Shown: positions 9,654-18,359, numbered from the stretch's first letter. The stretch is DNA of 64,000 bases from Nitrospirota bacterium (GCA_963826355.1 CAWGWX010000034.1:13622-77621), one strand, 5' to 3'. Notes: generated from the letters alone by a model not told the origin. Translations and numbers: made by a program.

Positions 9654-9962
9654 ATGAACAAAAAAAGTTTCATAGTTCTCATAAGCCTTATCTTCCTGGG
9701 TATGGGGAGCCTTTTGTTACCGGCTAAAGGCCTATCTTATGATATCGACTTTCATATTTGAATAGGGGTTGGTGCTCCTCCGCCCGCAGTGATAATACAT
9801 GCATCACCTACTGTCTATTTAATTCCCGGAACTTATGCCTATTTCGCACCTGATGTTGGCCTCCAGCTCTTTTTCTACTCTGGATATTGGTATCGTCCGC
9901 ATAATACTAGTTCCGGGCAGCTTCTTGATACCCTCATCATCATAATTGCTGTCACCAGTTAA
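9654..9962 (+). pseudogene. Small secreted protein gene with in-frame TGA (9759-9761) and an aberrant 3' end
   Basis: AAGGAGG precedes ATG 9654. The peptide is MNKKSFIVLISLIFLGMGSLLLPAKG...DFHI*IGVGAPPPAVIIHASPTVYLIPGTYAYFAPDVGLQLFFYSGYWYRPHN.... It resembles PPP/YWYRP-type secreted proteins, but the usual W/Y-rich tail is missing. Confidence 0.3.
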
Positions 9963-10104
9963 AAATTCTGATACAGAGGTTGATAAAACCTTCAGACAAG
10001 ATGACATCATGGAGTAAATAGTTTACAGATTTCATAATAAAGTGTATATTTTGACCAATACTCTGCTAAAAACTGAGCATCATAAAAACCAAAAAGAGGT
10101 AGGT

Positions 10105-10815
10105 ATGACGAGAGTGAGAAAAGCAGTGAATGTACTAATCTGGCTGTCTGTTTTTGGATTGTTTTTTCTTTCTATCGTAGCAGAAGGGTCAGACTCGATA
10201 CTGATTGAAAAAACCGATCAAGCATATGTATTTATAGATAATGAATCAATAAAGCACATTTCTGACAACATCGTCAGAGCATGGGTTAAATATTTTCCCC
10301 ATACGGTGTTAGAACCTTTCAAGGCAAAATATCTTCATTATTATTTGAGCTATTATGAATTCGACTGTGGTGAGAAAAAGGACAGAGTCCTTCAAACAGT
10401 TTTCTATTACACGGATTATACATCTGAGCAGGATGATAGAGAACATCAATGGTCTTCTCTCGCGCCAGATAGTGTTGAGTCTGCTTTATTTGAGTACGTC
10501 TGTAAAAATAATAGCACCAATTTTTCATCTGACCATCAGGAAGTTGGTGGGAAATCTTCACAACCACCGAAACCATCAGAATCCATATTCACTATTCAGG
10601 TGGGTACTTTCAGAGACATCTCCCGCGCAGAGGATCTTAAAGACAGGCTTATTCAAAAGGGTTATAAAGCATATATAGCCATCTCAGAATCAAAAAACAA
10701 TGGAAGACTCTACAAAATCTGTATCGGGGAATTCAGCGACAGGGAAAAAGCAGAGAGTCTGTCCGCAGAAATTAAAAACACCGAAGGCCTTGAGACATTT
10801 GTAACCTCAAAGTAA
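10105..10815 (+). CDS. SPOR-domain (peptidoglycan-binding) membrane-anchored protein
   Basis: Start taken at MTRVRKAVNVLIWLSVFGLFFLSIV (TM/signal). C-terminal SPOR domain: IFTIQVGTFRDISRAEDLKDRLIQKGYKAYIAISESKNNGRLYKICIGEFSDREKAESL. Confidence 0.8.
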   Translation: MTRVRKAVNVLIWLSVFGLFFLSIVAEGSDSILIEKTDQAYVFIDNESIKHISDNIVRAWVKYFPHTVLEPFKAKYLHYYLSYYEFDCGEKKDRVLQTVFYYTDYTSEQDDREHQWSSLAPDSVESALFEYVCKNNSTNFSSDHQEVGGKSSQPPKPSESIFTIQVGTFRDISRAEDLKDRLIQKGYKAYIAISESKNNGRLYKICIGEFSDREKAESLSAEIKNTEGLETFVTSK

Positions 10816-10948
10816 AGTAATTTTTTTCTTCCCGGACTCTCCACCCGCCATATTTATGAAATATTGTATATTATATATTATAATTAATAAACTATTTCAG
10901 CCTTAACCGTGAAGAGAATTTGAAAGATAGGGCAAAGGGGATGAACGG

Positions 10949-12793
10949 TTGAAGAAGAATCTTTATCAAAAAGGCATCAGCAGACGAAGATTTCTTAAGG
11001 GTACAATTGCTGCCGGGATTTGTTGCTCCGTCTTCCATCCTTTTCATCGCTTAGGAAAAGCTGCAGTGACTTTAGAGAACCCGATCTTCTGGATCAAGGA
11101 TATTTTCAACCAACCTTTTTATGATGGAGAGACCAGTAACAATCACATTGGGGTTGATTATCTCCTTAGCCTGATGGGAGAGTATGGATTGAAATTTTAC
11201 CGCTCTGTTCAAGAGACTGCACTCAGTGGTCCTTCAGGTATCATTGAGCCAATTGATGTCGTTTTAATCAAGGTAAATGCACAATGGAAGTACCGTGGCT
11301 GCACGAATAGTGATCTCATAAGGGGGCTGATCCAGAGAATTCTTGACCATCCTGATGGTTTCGATGGTGAGGTGGTGATTTTTGAAAACGGGCAAGGACG
11401 TGGAAGTCTCAATTGTGACACCACAGGGGGAAACTATCCGGATGCCTCTGTTCACGCCAATGCCAATGATGAAAGCCATAGCTTTCGTTATCTGGTAAAT
11501 GAGATTTTTAACGATCCCCGGGTTTCATCGTATTTACTGGATCCCATCAGAAGCACCTTTATCGGGCTCAATGATCATGTTAGCAATGGGTATCGGAAAT
11601 ATGAAAATGTTTCGTATCCTTGCTTTGCCACAGCAGGAGGCCATCGAGTAGAGTTACGTGAAGGCATCTGGCAAGGGAGTGGATACAGCCAGAATCTTAA
11701 GCTGATCAACGTCCCGGTACTTAAGTATCACGACAAAGGGGGATCAGAGATTACTGCATCTCTTAAACATACGTATGGTGTTGTTTCGATGTCTGATGGA
11801 CAAAGTGACTTCCGTCATTATAGTGGCCTGGGAGAAACCTGCGGAAAGATTATGGTTTCTGTCAGAACCCCTGTCTTGAATATCATAGACGCGATATGGG
11901 TTTCTTATTCTTCTCTTTTGGGATACCCTGCGAGTACAACCTATCGGGCTAACCAGATTTTGGCCAGCCAGGATCCTGTAGCCTTGGACTATTGGGCAGC
12001 AGCCTATGTCATGTATCCCATCAGCAAAAACCCTCGCCACCTTCCTGGCTTCCCAGGTATTGATCAATGGCTGACTAGTGCCCGCGATATCATTAACGAC
12101 CGAGGTGGTCTTTACAATTCAGAGAGCGGAGTCCTCGTTGATATGGTAACAAAGAATAAAAACGAGATGGTGGTTTATACAAAGAATGTGGCAGTTACCC
12201 TCCTTTCACTGAATGGGGGTGAGGTCATCGCGTCTGGCTCAACGTTCACTATTCAATGGGAGGCATCTTCTCAGGCAACAAAATTCAGGCTTGAGTATTC
12301 GTTGGACAATGGGCTGACATGGATACAAATACCAGGTGCAGATGATTTAACAGGCAATAGTTATGACTGGAGTGTACCTAAACCATGGGGTAACAAAAAG
12401 AAATGCCTTGTGAGAGTAATAAGATATGATGCTTCTGAAGTCAAGGTAGGCTCAGACAGATCAGATGCACCCTTTACCATAGAGGTAGTGAAATTGACAT
12501 CGCCAAATGGTGGAGGCCCTCCTCTTAAATCAAGTACGGAACATCCCATTACATGGGCAACAAATAGAACAAAAAATCCGGTTGCAAAAATTAAATTGTA
12601 TTACACTATTAATGGAGGAATTACCTGGAATTTAATAAAAACACTTAAAGGCAATCCTGGAAGTTATCCTTGGTTAGTTGTAACAGTTAAAAAGCCAAGG
12701 ACCGACTGCAAGATAAAGGTTGAGTTAAACGATGTTTCTGAGAACATATTGGGGACAGATGCGAGTGATGGTTACTTTACCATTCAGCCTTGA
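10949..12793 (+). CDS. Tat-signal DUF362-domain protein with the C-terminal tandem module shared with the S8 peptidase
   Basis: Twin-arginine motif SRRRFLKGTIAAG. DUF362-like core (DVVLIKVNAQWKYRG...VVIFENG). The C-terminal 200 aa are about 50% identical to 718-1305. TTG start inferred. Confidence 0.8.
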   Translation: MKKNLYQKGISRRRFLKGTIAAGICCSVFHPFHRLGKAAVTLENPIFWIKDIFNQPFYDGETSNNHIGVDYLLSLMGEYGLKFYRSVQETALSGPSGIIEPIDVVLIKVNAQWKYRGCTNSDLIRGLIQRILDHPDGFDGEVVIFENGQGRGSLNCDTTGGNYPDASVHANANDESHSFRYLVNEIFNDPRVSSYLLDPIRSTFIGLNDHVSNGYRKYENVSYPCFATAGGHRVELREGIWQGSGYSQNLKLINVPVLKYHDKGGSEITASLKHTYGVVSMSDGQSDFRHYSGLGETCGKIMVSVRTPVLNIIDAIWVSYSSLLGYPASTTYRANQILASQDPVALDYWAAAYVMYPISKNPRHLPGFPGIDQWLTSARDIINDRGGLYNSESGVLVDMVTKNKNEMVVYTKNVAVTLLSLNGGEVIASGSTFTIQWEASSQATKFRLEYSLDNGLTWIQIPGADDLTGNSYDWSVPKPWGNKKKCLVRVIRYDASEVKVGSDRSDAPFTIEVVKLTSPNGGGPPLKSSTEHPITWATNRTKNPVAKIKLYYTINGGITWNLIKTLKGNPGSYPWLVVTVKKPRTDCKIKVELNDVSENILGTDASDGYFTIQP

Positions 12794-13024
12794 TAACGCC
12801 CCCATTTATGAGTAACTATTTTGTAACAACCGATTAAGCTCCACTATAGAGCGGAGGGTCAAATATATCCATTCTTTTCTGTTCATCTTTCTTACCTCTT
12901 AAAACGTACAAAGACTTTTAAAAGATTTGCCTGTACTGATTAATTCTACACCGGAAAGAGGCCCTGGTTCAAAGACGGAAATCCTTCAAGAATTCTCTCT
13001 TAGCTCACTCAGGATTCAAGGTCT

Positions 13025-14029
13025 TTAAAAAGGTATTTCAGCTATTTTCTCTTTCAAGGTAACGATCTCAAAGGCAAGGGAAGCCATAGAGGCGATTTTT
13101 GATAAATAGACAACTTTTGCATCCAGAACAGCATTATTGCCGTTGTCACAATAGAGCAGGGCAACGATTCTTTCCCTTACCGTAAGCGGTATTACGAGCA
13201 CATCCAAAGGTATGCCTGAGAGGATCTCTATCAAAGGCGCGTTGAACTGTGGATCATGCAGAGGTCCCCGGTAAAATATTTTTTTCTCCATGACTTCGGA
13301 AAAGATTGACGATTCTTCTTTTGCTATTTCAAATTCTTCAATACAGAGACCTTTCGCCTTCCAAAATATAATTTTACCATTCCATATTCTGAAGACGCCA
13401 ACTCTCTCTACTATTCTGTATGCCCCTCGGAGAAGAATATCGACTATTTCTTCAGGATTGTCGACACTTGAAAAGGCTTTTTTAATACTATCTGTAGTAT
13501 CAAGGGCTTCGGTCTTGGGATTGAATCGGTCCACAAAACTTATATATAATCTTTTTCCCGTCTTTTTCCCATAGTATCTCTCAAGAATGTCTAAGAATCT
13601 CATTTCTGGAATCGCATAAGGAATGATATCAAAACCCGTTATGAACCTCAGCTCATCAATTTTCTCTATATCTGGATCCAGGAATGCACAATGCAGTCTT
13701 TTACCCTCTATCAACAACGGGATAATTTTTTGTGTATCGATAAGCTCCTGGTCTATAGCATGCATTGCCTCTTCTGAAATAGAAGCTATCATTTCATTGG
13801 TAACAGCGTGTAACTTGTAATACTTGCTCAGGAAGTTCTTAAACTCTTCTTCCGTCAGAATTCTCAGTTCTATGAGATTGGTGCCAATTCTTCCACCAAA
13901 AACTACTTGTCTCTCAAGGGCGAGATTCAGTTGTTGTCTCGTGATGACGCCTTCCCTGACAAGGACTTCTCCGAGCTTAAGTTTTTTCGGAAACTTCATT
14001 TGCGTGGTATCCAATAATTCTTTCGCCAT
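13025..14029 (-). CDS. MshEN/T2SSE_N-domain protein with a GAF-like C-terminal half (candidate c-di-GMP receptor)
   Basis: KLGEVLVREGVITRQQLNLALERQ fits the 24-residue MshEN motif [RK]LGxxLLxxGLIxxxxLxxxLxxQ. A second degenerate copy follows (RIGTNLIELRILTEEEFKNFLSKY). No ATPase domain is present. Confidence 0.7.
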   Translation of the reverse strand: MAKELLDTTQMKFPKKLKLGEVLVREGVITRQQLNLALERQVVFGGRIGTNLIELRILTEEEFKNFLSKYYKLHAVTNEMIASISEEAMHAIDQELIDTQKIIPLLIEGKRLHCAFLDPDIEKIDELRFITGFDIIPYAIPEMRFLDILERYYGKKTGKRLYISFVDRFNPKTEALDTTDSIKKAFSSVDNPEEIVDILLRGAYRIVERVGVFRIWNGKIIFWKAKGLCIEEFEIAKEESSIFSEVMEKKIFYRGPLHDPQFNAPLIEILSGIPLDVLVIPLTVRERIVALLYCDNGNNAVLDAKVVYLSKIASMASLAFEIVTLKEKIAEIPF

Positions 14030-14160
14030 TTTTTGTATACCTTTCTACTGTAAATAACAAAAAATATGCCATAAGAAAGTATTGGATTTAAAAGCTAAAA
14101 TTATGAAGAAGGTTTTATGACCGTTAAATAATTGACATATTTTGTCATTTTATATATGTG

Positions 14161-14235
14161 TCAAAGGGGAAAGTAACTCCCCTAACCCTTTTTGCCAAGG
14201 GGGGGAATAAAGGGGAGGTTAGGTGTTGGGCAAAG
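14161..14235. repeat. REP-like G/C-tract palindromic element (same style as 1380-1480)
   Basis: GGGGAaagtaacTCCCC and CCCTTtttgccAAGGG hairpins, followed by GGGGAGGTTAGG. Confidence 0.4.
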
Positions 14236-14351
14236 GTAGAATGGAAATGACAAAAACCGAAAGATTGTAGAGTTTACTTTTGCTGACATTTTTGCTCTAA
14301 TATACAAGATTACATAGGCAATTGAAGCTATAACAAAATGAAGGAGGCTCC

Positions 14352-14789
14352 ATGAAACTACCGGAATACGTTACCGTAGAGGAAGTAAGAAGAGTTTGTA
14401 AAGAGCTCAAGATAAGGGACTGGACAAAATTAAAAAAACCTGAGGTATTGTTGAAGGAAGCGAAGATTATCCTCTCTCATGTCAATACTGACAAGATAAA
14501 AACCCCGCTTGAGGACTTCAGAACAGGCCTCGAGGTGGAACTCGAACATGGCACGATGTTTAAACCGCATAACGTTACGAACAACCATCCCGTCCTCACG
14601 GGAAAAATTGTGATGGCTCATTTCATGGAGACCCTCGATTATTACAAGCGGCTCGAAATAGCCGAGGTTGAGGGCGATCTTCTCAAGGCGGTTATTGCAA
14701 AGAACATGGAAAAAATCCAGAAATACTACAAAAAACTCGCCAGGGCAAAAAGTGAACTTGGCAAGGTTGAATCCGGACAGCTTAAATAA
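14352..14789 (+). CDS. Conserved hypothetical protein (LEVELEHG motif)
   Basis: 145 aa with GGAGG before the ATG and clean coding statistics. I cannot assign the family with confidence. Confidence 0.6.
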   Translation: MKLPEYVTVEEVRRVCKELKIRDWTKLKKPEVLLKEAKIILSHVNTDKIKTPLEDFRTGLEVELEHGTMFKPHNVTNNHPVLTGKIVMAHFMETLDYYKRLEIAEVEGDLLKAVIAKNMEKIQKYYKKLARAKSELGKVESGQLK

Positions 14790-15067
14790 AAGTGCAAGAC
14801 AAAGGCACCTTTTATAACATTCGCTAGGATAAAGAGATTAAAAAACATTTCTGTGCTGAATATCAAGATATTGAAAAGAATTTTCAATGCTGTGAGCATG
14901 GTATACCTTATATTATTATGGGGTTAAGACCTTATCCATCAAAATAAGGCTGATGTAGGAATAACACTTACAAAAAAATCAGATAAACACTGATATTTTT
15001 AAATATGACCAATGACTTAATATCTATTAAGTATAAGCTCTTATACTCCTAAGAAAGGAGGTATTCA

Positions 15068-15130
15068 ATGAAATTAACGAAGGTTACCAAGAAAGTTTCA
15101 ATGACATGTAAATGCAAGAACTCCTGTTAG
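15068..15130 (+). CDS. Candidate 20-aa Cys-rich micropeptide (MKLTKVTKKVSMTCKCKNSC)
   Basis: Strong SD AAAGGAGG lies 7 nt upstream of the ATG. An intrinsic terminator follows at 15183-15212. Not in the ORF track. Confidence 0.3.
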   Translation: MKLTKVTKKVSMTCKCKNSC

Positions 15131-15182
15131 TTGTTTCCCAGGGCAGTGTTTTAAGACTGTGAGAAGAATCTTTTTTGTGAAG

Positions 15183-15212
15183 GGGCGTGTTTTAAAGACA
15201 CGCTCTTTTTTA
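15183..15212 (+). terminator. Rho-independent terminator
   Basis: GGGCGTGT-tttaaag-ACACGCTC (8 bp with one G-U) followed by TTTTTTAT. Confidence 0.6.
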
Positions 15213-15385
15213 TCATTACCCACATACTCCAACAATTTCTTGTCCAATTATTTTCATACGACTTCCTCCTTGAATAGCTCAAATGAAAATATTTCTTTGC
15301 TATGTGTGATATTGAGAAATAGGCTCATTGATATGTTAAAATTTAATTAAAACATATCAGTGTAAGCTCTTCAGGTTTCAGCAAT

Positions 15386-16191
15386 ATGGAAAAAGATATA
15401 GCAAAAACAAAACAGCTTGTTGTAAAAACGTATTCAGCAATAGCCACCAATGCATCGTGTTGCATTATGTCTCCAAGCTGCTGTGCACCGAAGACCAGTA
15501 CGGTAAGCCTTCTCGAAACAGGCAGATGTCTGGGATACTCTGAAGAAGAATTGAAAATTGGGCTTGGGGAGGCAAATCTTGGCTTGGGCTGTGGGAATCC
15601 TCATGCAATAGCTGATATGAAAGCAGGAGAGACCGTACTTGACCTTGGAAGTGGTGCAGGTTTTGATGCCTTTCTTTCAACCATGAAAGTTGGAAACATG
15701 GTTACGTGATAGGGGTAGATATGACCGTTGAGATGGTCACAAAAGCAAAGGGCAATGCGCAAAAACTCGGGATAAAAAATGTTGAGTTCAGACTTGTAGA
15801 AATAGAACATCTGCCTGTGGATGATTGCTCTATTGATATCATTATATCGAACTGCGTCATTAATCTCTCCCCTGACAAACAGGCTGTCTTTCAGGAAGCC
15901 TTCCGTGTATTAAAACCTGAGGGAAGGCTTGCAATCTCAGACATACTCAAAAAAGGTGAATTCTCTGAGGCTCTTAAACAGAATGAGAGCGCTTACAGCG
16001 GTTGAATCACAGGGGCTGTTCCCGTGGAGGAACTCAGAGAGATTCTCAGAAAAGCTGGTTTTATTGATATTGTCATTCAAGACAAGGAAAACAGTGACGA
16101 GATTATCAAAAGCTGGCATTTCGGTGAAGGCGTTGAAAAAATGGTATTTTCAGCCTATATTCAAGCAAGAAAATCTTATGATGAAACATAA
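15386..16191 (+). CDS. arsM: Arsenite S-adenosylmethionine methyltransferase with an in-frame TGA (candidate Sec) and one frameshift
   Basis: Motifs [40 protein letters not shown] and [17 protein letters not shown] at 16003-16005 lies in AYSG[TGA]ITGAV, matching the conserved yaGC(V/I)xGA Cys. The reading frame continues to 16191. A frameshift lies at GGAAAC 15692-15697. Confidence 0.8.
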
Positions 16192-16565
16192 GGCAATTGG
16201 GCTCTGGTCTTTTACCGGATATCTCGTTCATAATCACTACTCAAGGGCTATTGTATTTAAGCAACATGATTAAGCTTTCTAAAACAGAAATTAGATAAGA
16301 GGATAGTTGTTACATTTTGACACAACGATTCCAAAAACGCACATGTCATTTATTAATCGCATATAGCTATACAGGCATAATGATTTCAGGGGAAAGCAAG
16401 CGTTTTTTTCTTTTACTTGAATATGCTCATGTGTTTCATAACGGTCTAATGGATTTTTAAAAGCAAAGGCAAATTTCAAAAAAACCTTATTTTCATTATG
16501 TTAGCTTTGATTTTATCATTGGCATGTTTTTAGCCTAAAGAGAAATAAGGAGAGGTTATAGAGGA

Positions 16566-16898
16566 ATGGAATTGCTTAACCCGAAAATATGTCAGGACAG
16601 AGAATCCTACGAAAAGGAGGAAGGTATGATGACTGAGAAATACATATACTGTTCGCTTTGTTACAGCCAGGTTGAGCAAATAGGAAAACCTGGTTGGGTG
16701 GGTGTTTTGCCCTATCCATGGGATGGAAAAAGCAGAACAGGCAGTATCGTTAGAAGACATACTGAAGACCTTTCAAGAGGAAAGACATTGCTGAAAAAGA
16801 CAAGTCTCTTGAAACGAGGGCATGGCTATGATTGCACTCGCTTTTTATTAATAGAAGTCCAAAAGAAGAGATCTCGGACAGTCCTTTCAAGAAGTTAA
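16566..16898 (+). CDS. Hypothetical protein (weak)
   Basis: AAGGAGAGG precedes the ATG. No motif was recognised. The antisense ORF is equally poor. Confidence 0.25.
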   Translation: MELLNPKICQDRESYEKEEGMMTEKYIYCSLCYSQVEQIGKPGWVGVLPYPWDGKSRTGSIVRRHTEDLSRGKTLLKKTSLLKRGHGYDCTRFLLIEVQKKRSRTVLSRS

Positions 16899-16937
16899 TA
16901 AACGGTTTGTTCTATTGCTTCAATGATTAAGAAATAT

Positions 16938-17243
16938 TTAGCAAGATTGTATGAGTGGGTATGCTGAACCGCTATAATCATTCAGGCTTAGATATTCTCT
17001 ATAAAGCCGTTTCTCCTTGTGAAGCAGTCTATACTCTTGATATGCTCCAGTAATGGTCAGGGTTGAGATCAGGTAAAGTACTCCGGTAAGTATCAGAGCA
17101 ATAAAAAAGACCGTAAAGAAAAGTTTAGGCTTGCGGAGAAATAGAAAACATACTACTCCTGCGAGAGCAATGGCAATGTGTATATTGTCTCGAAAGTAGT
17201 CAAAAAAAATATATTTTATCATCAGCAAAAAATCCATAGGCAC
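16938..17243 (-). CDS. Small hypothetical membrane protein (2-3 TM)
   Basis: 101 aa with hydrophobic segments IAIALAGVVCFLFL and FFTVFFIALILTGVLYLISTL. GGAG lies near the start. Confidence 0.45.
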   Translation of the reverse strand: MPMDFLLMIKYIFFDYFRDNIHIAIALAGVVCFLFLRKPKLFFTVFFIALILTGVLYLISTLTITGAYQEYRLLHKEKRLYREYLSLNDYSGSAYPLIQSC

Positions 17244-17604
17244 TCCTTTCTTACTCTTTTCATTTGTTTTTAAGATTTGAAAATTTGAAAGTAGGTTGGG
17301 CTATGGCAGTCTCAATTTGAACTTGATAGCCCAAATTGATACTGCCACAGCATAGGGGAGGGAAATGGGGTATCATGGTACTATTTAACCTACTGCAGCA
17401 TAAGGATTTCTGTGACAGGAATCACAAAAGGAGTTTTTTCTTTCCTTTTCCGGATGATATCAAGATCATCCCGGAAGGAGCTTGAATAGATAAACAGAAA
17501 AGATATCACAGTAAATGTTCTAAGGGTAACTCCCGTTGCTGATTCTTTACCCTTTAAGATTTACTAGTTTGAGATTTTCCTTTAGGACAGCTTTTAAGCT
17601 ATTA

Positions 17605-17715
17605 CTATTTTTTCTTATGCGTTGCGCAGTATTTCGTTTTTCCGGTTACAGGGTTCTTACATTTTTTCCCTTTTGTTGTCTTGGCGCTGCATGTTGCCTT
17701 TTTTGCTTGTGCCAT
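17605..17715 (-). CDS. Candidate 36-aa basic C-C-C-H peptide (MAQAKKATCSAKTTKGKKCKNPVTGKTKYCATHKKK)
   Basis: GGAGGAAAC immediately precedes ATG (17715). Spacing is Cys-x10-Cys-x10-CxxH. Not in the ORF track. The overlapping + ORF 17536..17736 looks like its shadow. Confidence 0.45.
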   Translation of the reverse strand: MAQAKKATCSAKTTKGKKCKNPVTGKTKYCATHKKK

Positions 17716-17870
17716 GTTTCCTCCTTCTGTTCTTGAAATATATTTATCTCTGTGTTCTCAATATATCATAAAACTATGAATAATGCATCCCCCATTCACA
17801 TCTCAGATGTTTCAATGTAAAATAACATCAAGTAGATAATTCATACATCGCATTCATTAAGGGAGGAGTT

Positions 17871-18359
17871 ATGCCTATTTATGAATTCTACTGCGCCGAT
17901 TGCAATACTATTTTTAACTTCTTCTCTCGTCGTATAAACACGGAAAAACGGCCTATGTGCCCAAAGTGCAATAAAGGACCTCTGGAGCGTCTCATATCCA
18001 GATTTTCATTTCTTAAAGGTACAAAAGAGCAGGATGATATGGGGATGCCTGAATTGGATGAATCGAAGGCACAAAGGGCTTTATCTTTGATAGAACGAGA
18101 GGCTCAAGATGTAAACGAAGACGATTCTAGGCAGGCTGCCCACCTTATGCGTAAACTGTTCGATACAACAGGAATGAACCTTGGATCCAGCTTAGAAGAG
18201 GCATTGAGACGCATGGAGGCTGGAGAAGACCCAGATAAAATAGAAGAAGAGATGGGAGATATCTTAAGTGAGGAGGACCTCTTTAAAGTATCTCCAAAAG
18301 GCTCTCGGAAATTTAAAAGAAAGCCCCCTGAACGAGATGAAACACTCTATTATCTATAA
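17871..18359 (+). CDS. FmdB-family zinc-ribbon protein with an acidic C-terminal tail
   Basis: MPIYEFYCADCNTIFNFF...PMCPKCNKGPLERLIS (CxxC...CxxC). Confidence 0.8.
   Translation: MPIYEFYCADCNTIFNFFSRRINTEKRPMCPKCNKGPLERLISRFSFLKGTKEQDDMGMPELDESKAQRALSLIEREAQDVNEDDSRQAAHLMRKLFDTTGMNLGSSLEEALRRMEAGEDPDKIEEEMGDILSEEDLFKVSPKGSRKFKRKPPERDETLYYL

Noticed and set aside
9759-9761. In-frame TGA in the small secreted-protein gene, considered as a possible selenocysteine codon.
   Set aside because: The TGA falls in a hydrophobic/Gly context (FHI*IGVG), not at a redox Cys. No convincing hairpin follows. The gene is also truncated downstream, so a nonsense mutation in a decaying gene is more likely.
15692-15697. 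Programmed -1 ribosomal frameshifting or transcriptional slippage at the A-run interruptions in arsM, yjbQ and the cupin gene.
   Set aside because: The A-runs are only 2-3 nt. There is no X XXY YYZ slippery heptamer and no downstream pseudoknot. The same one-A repair works for three unrelated genes, which points to base-calling error.
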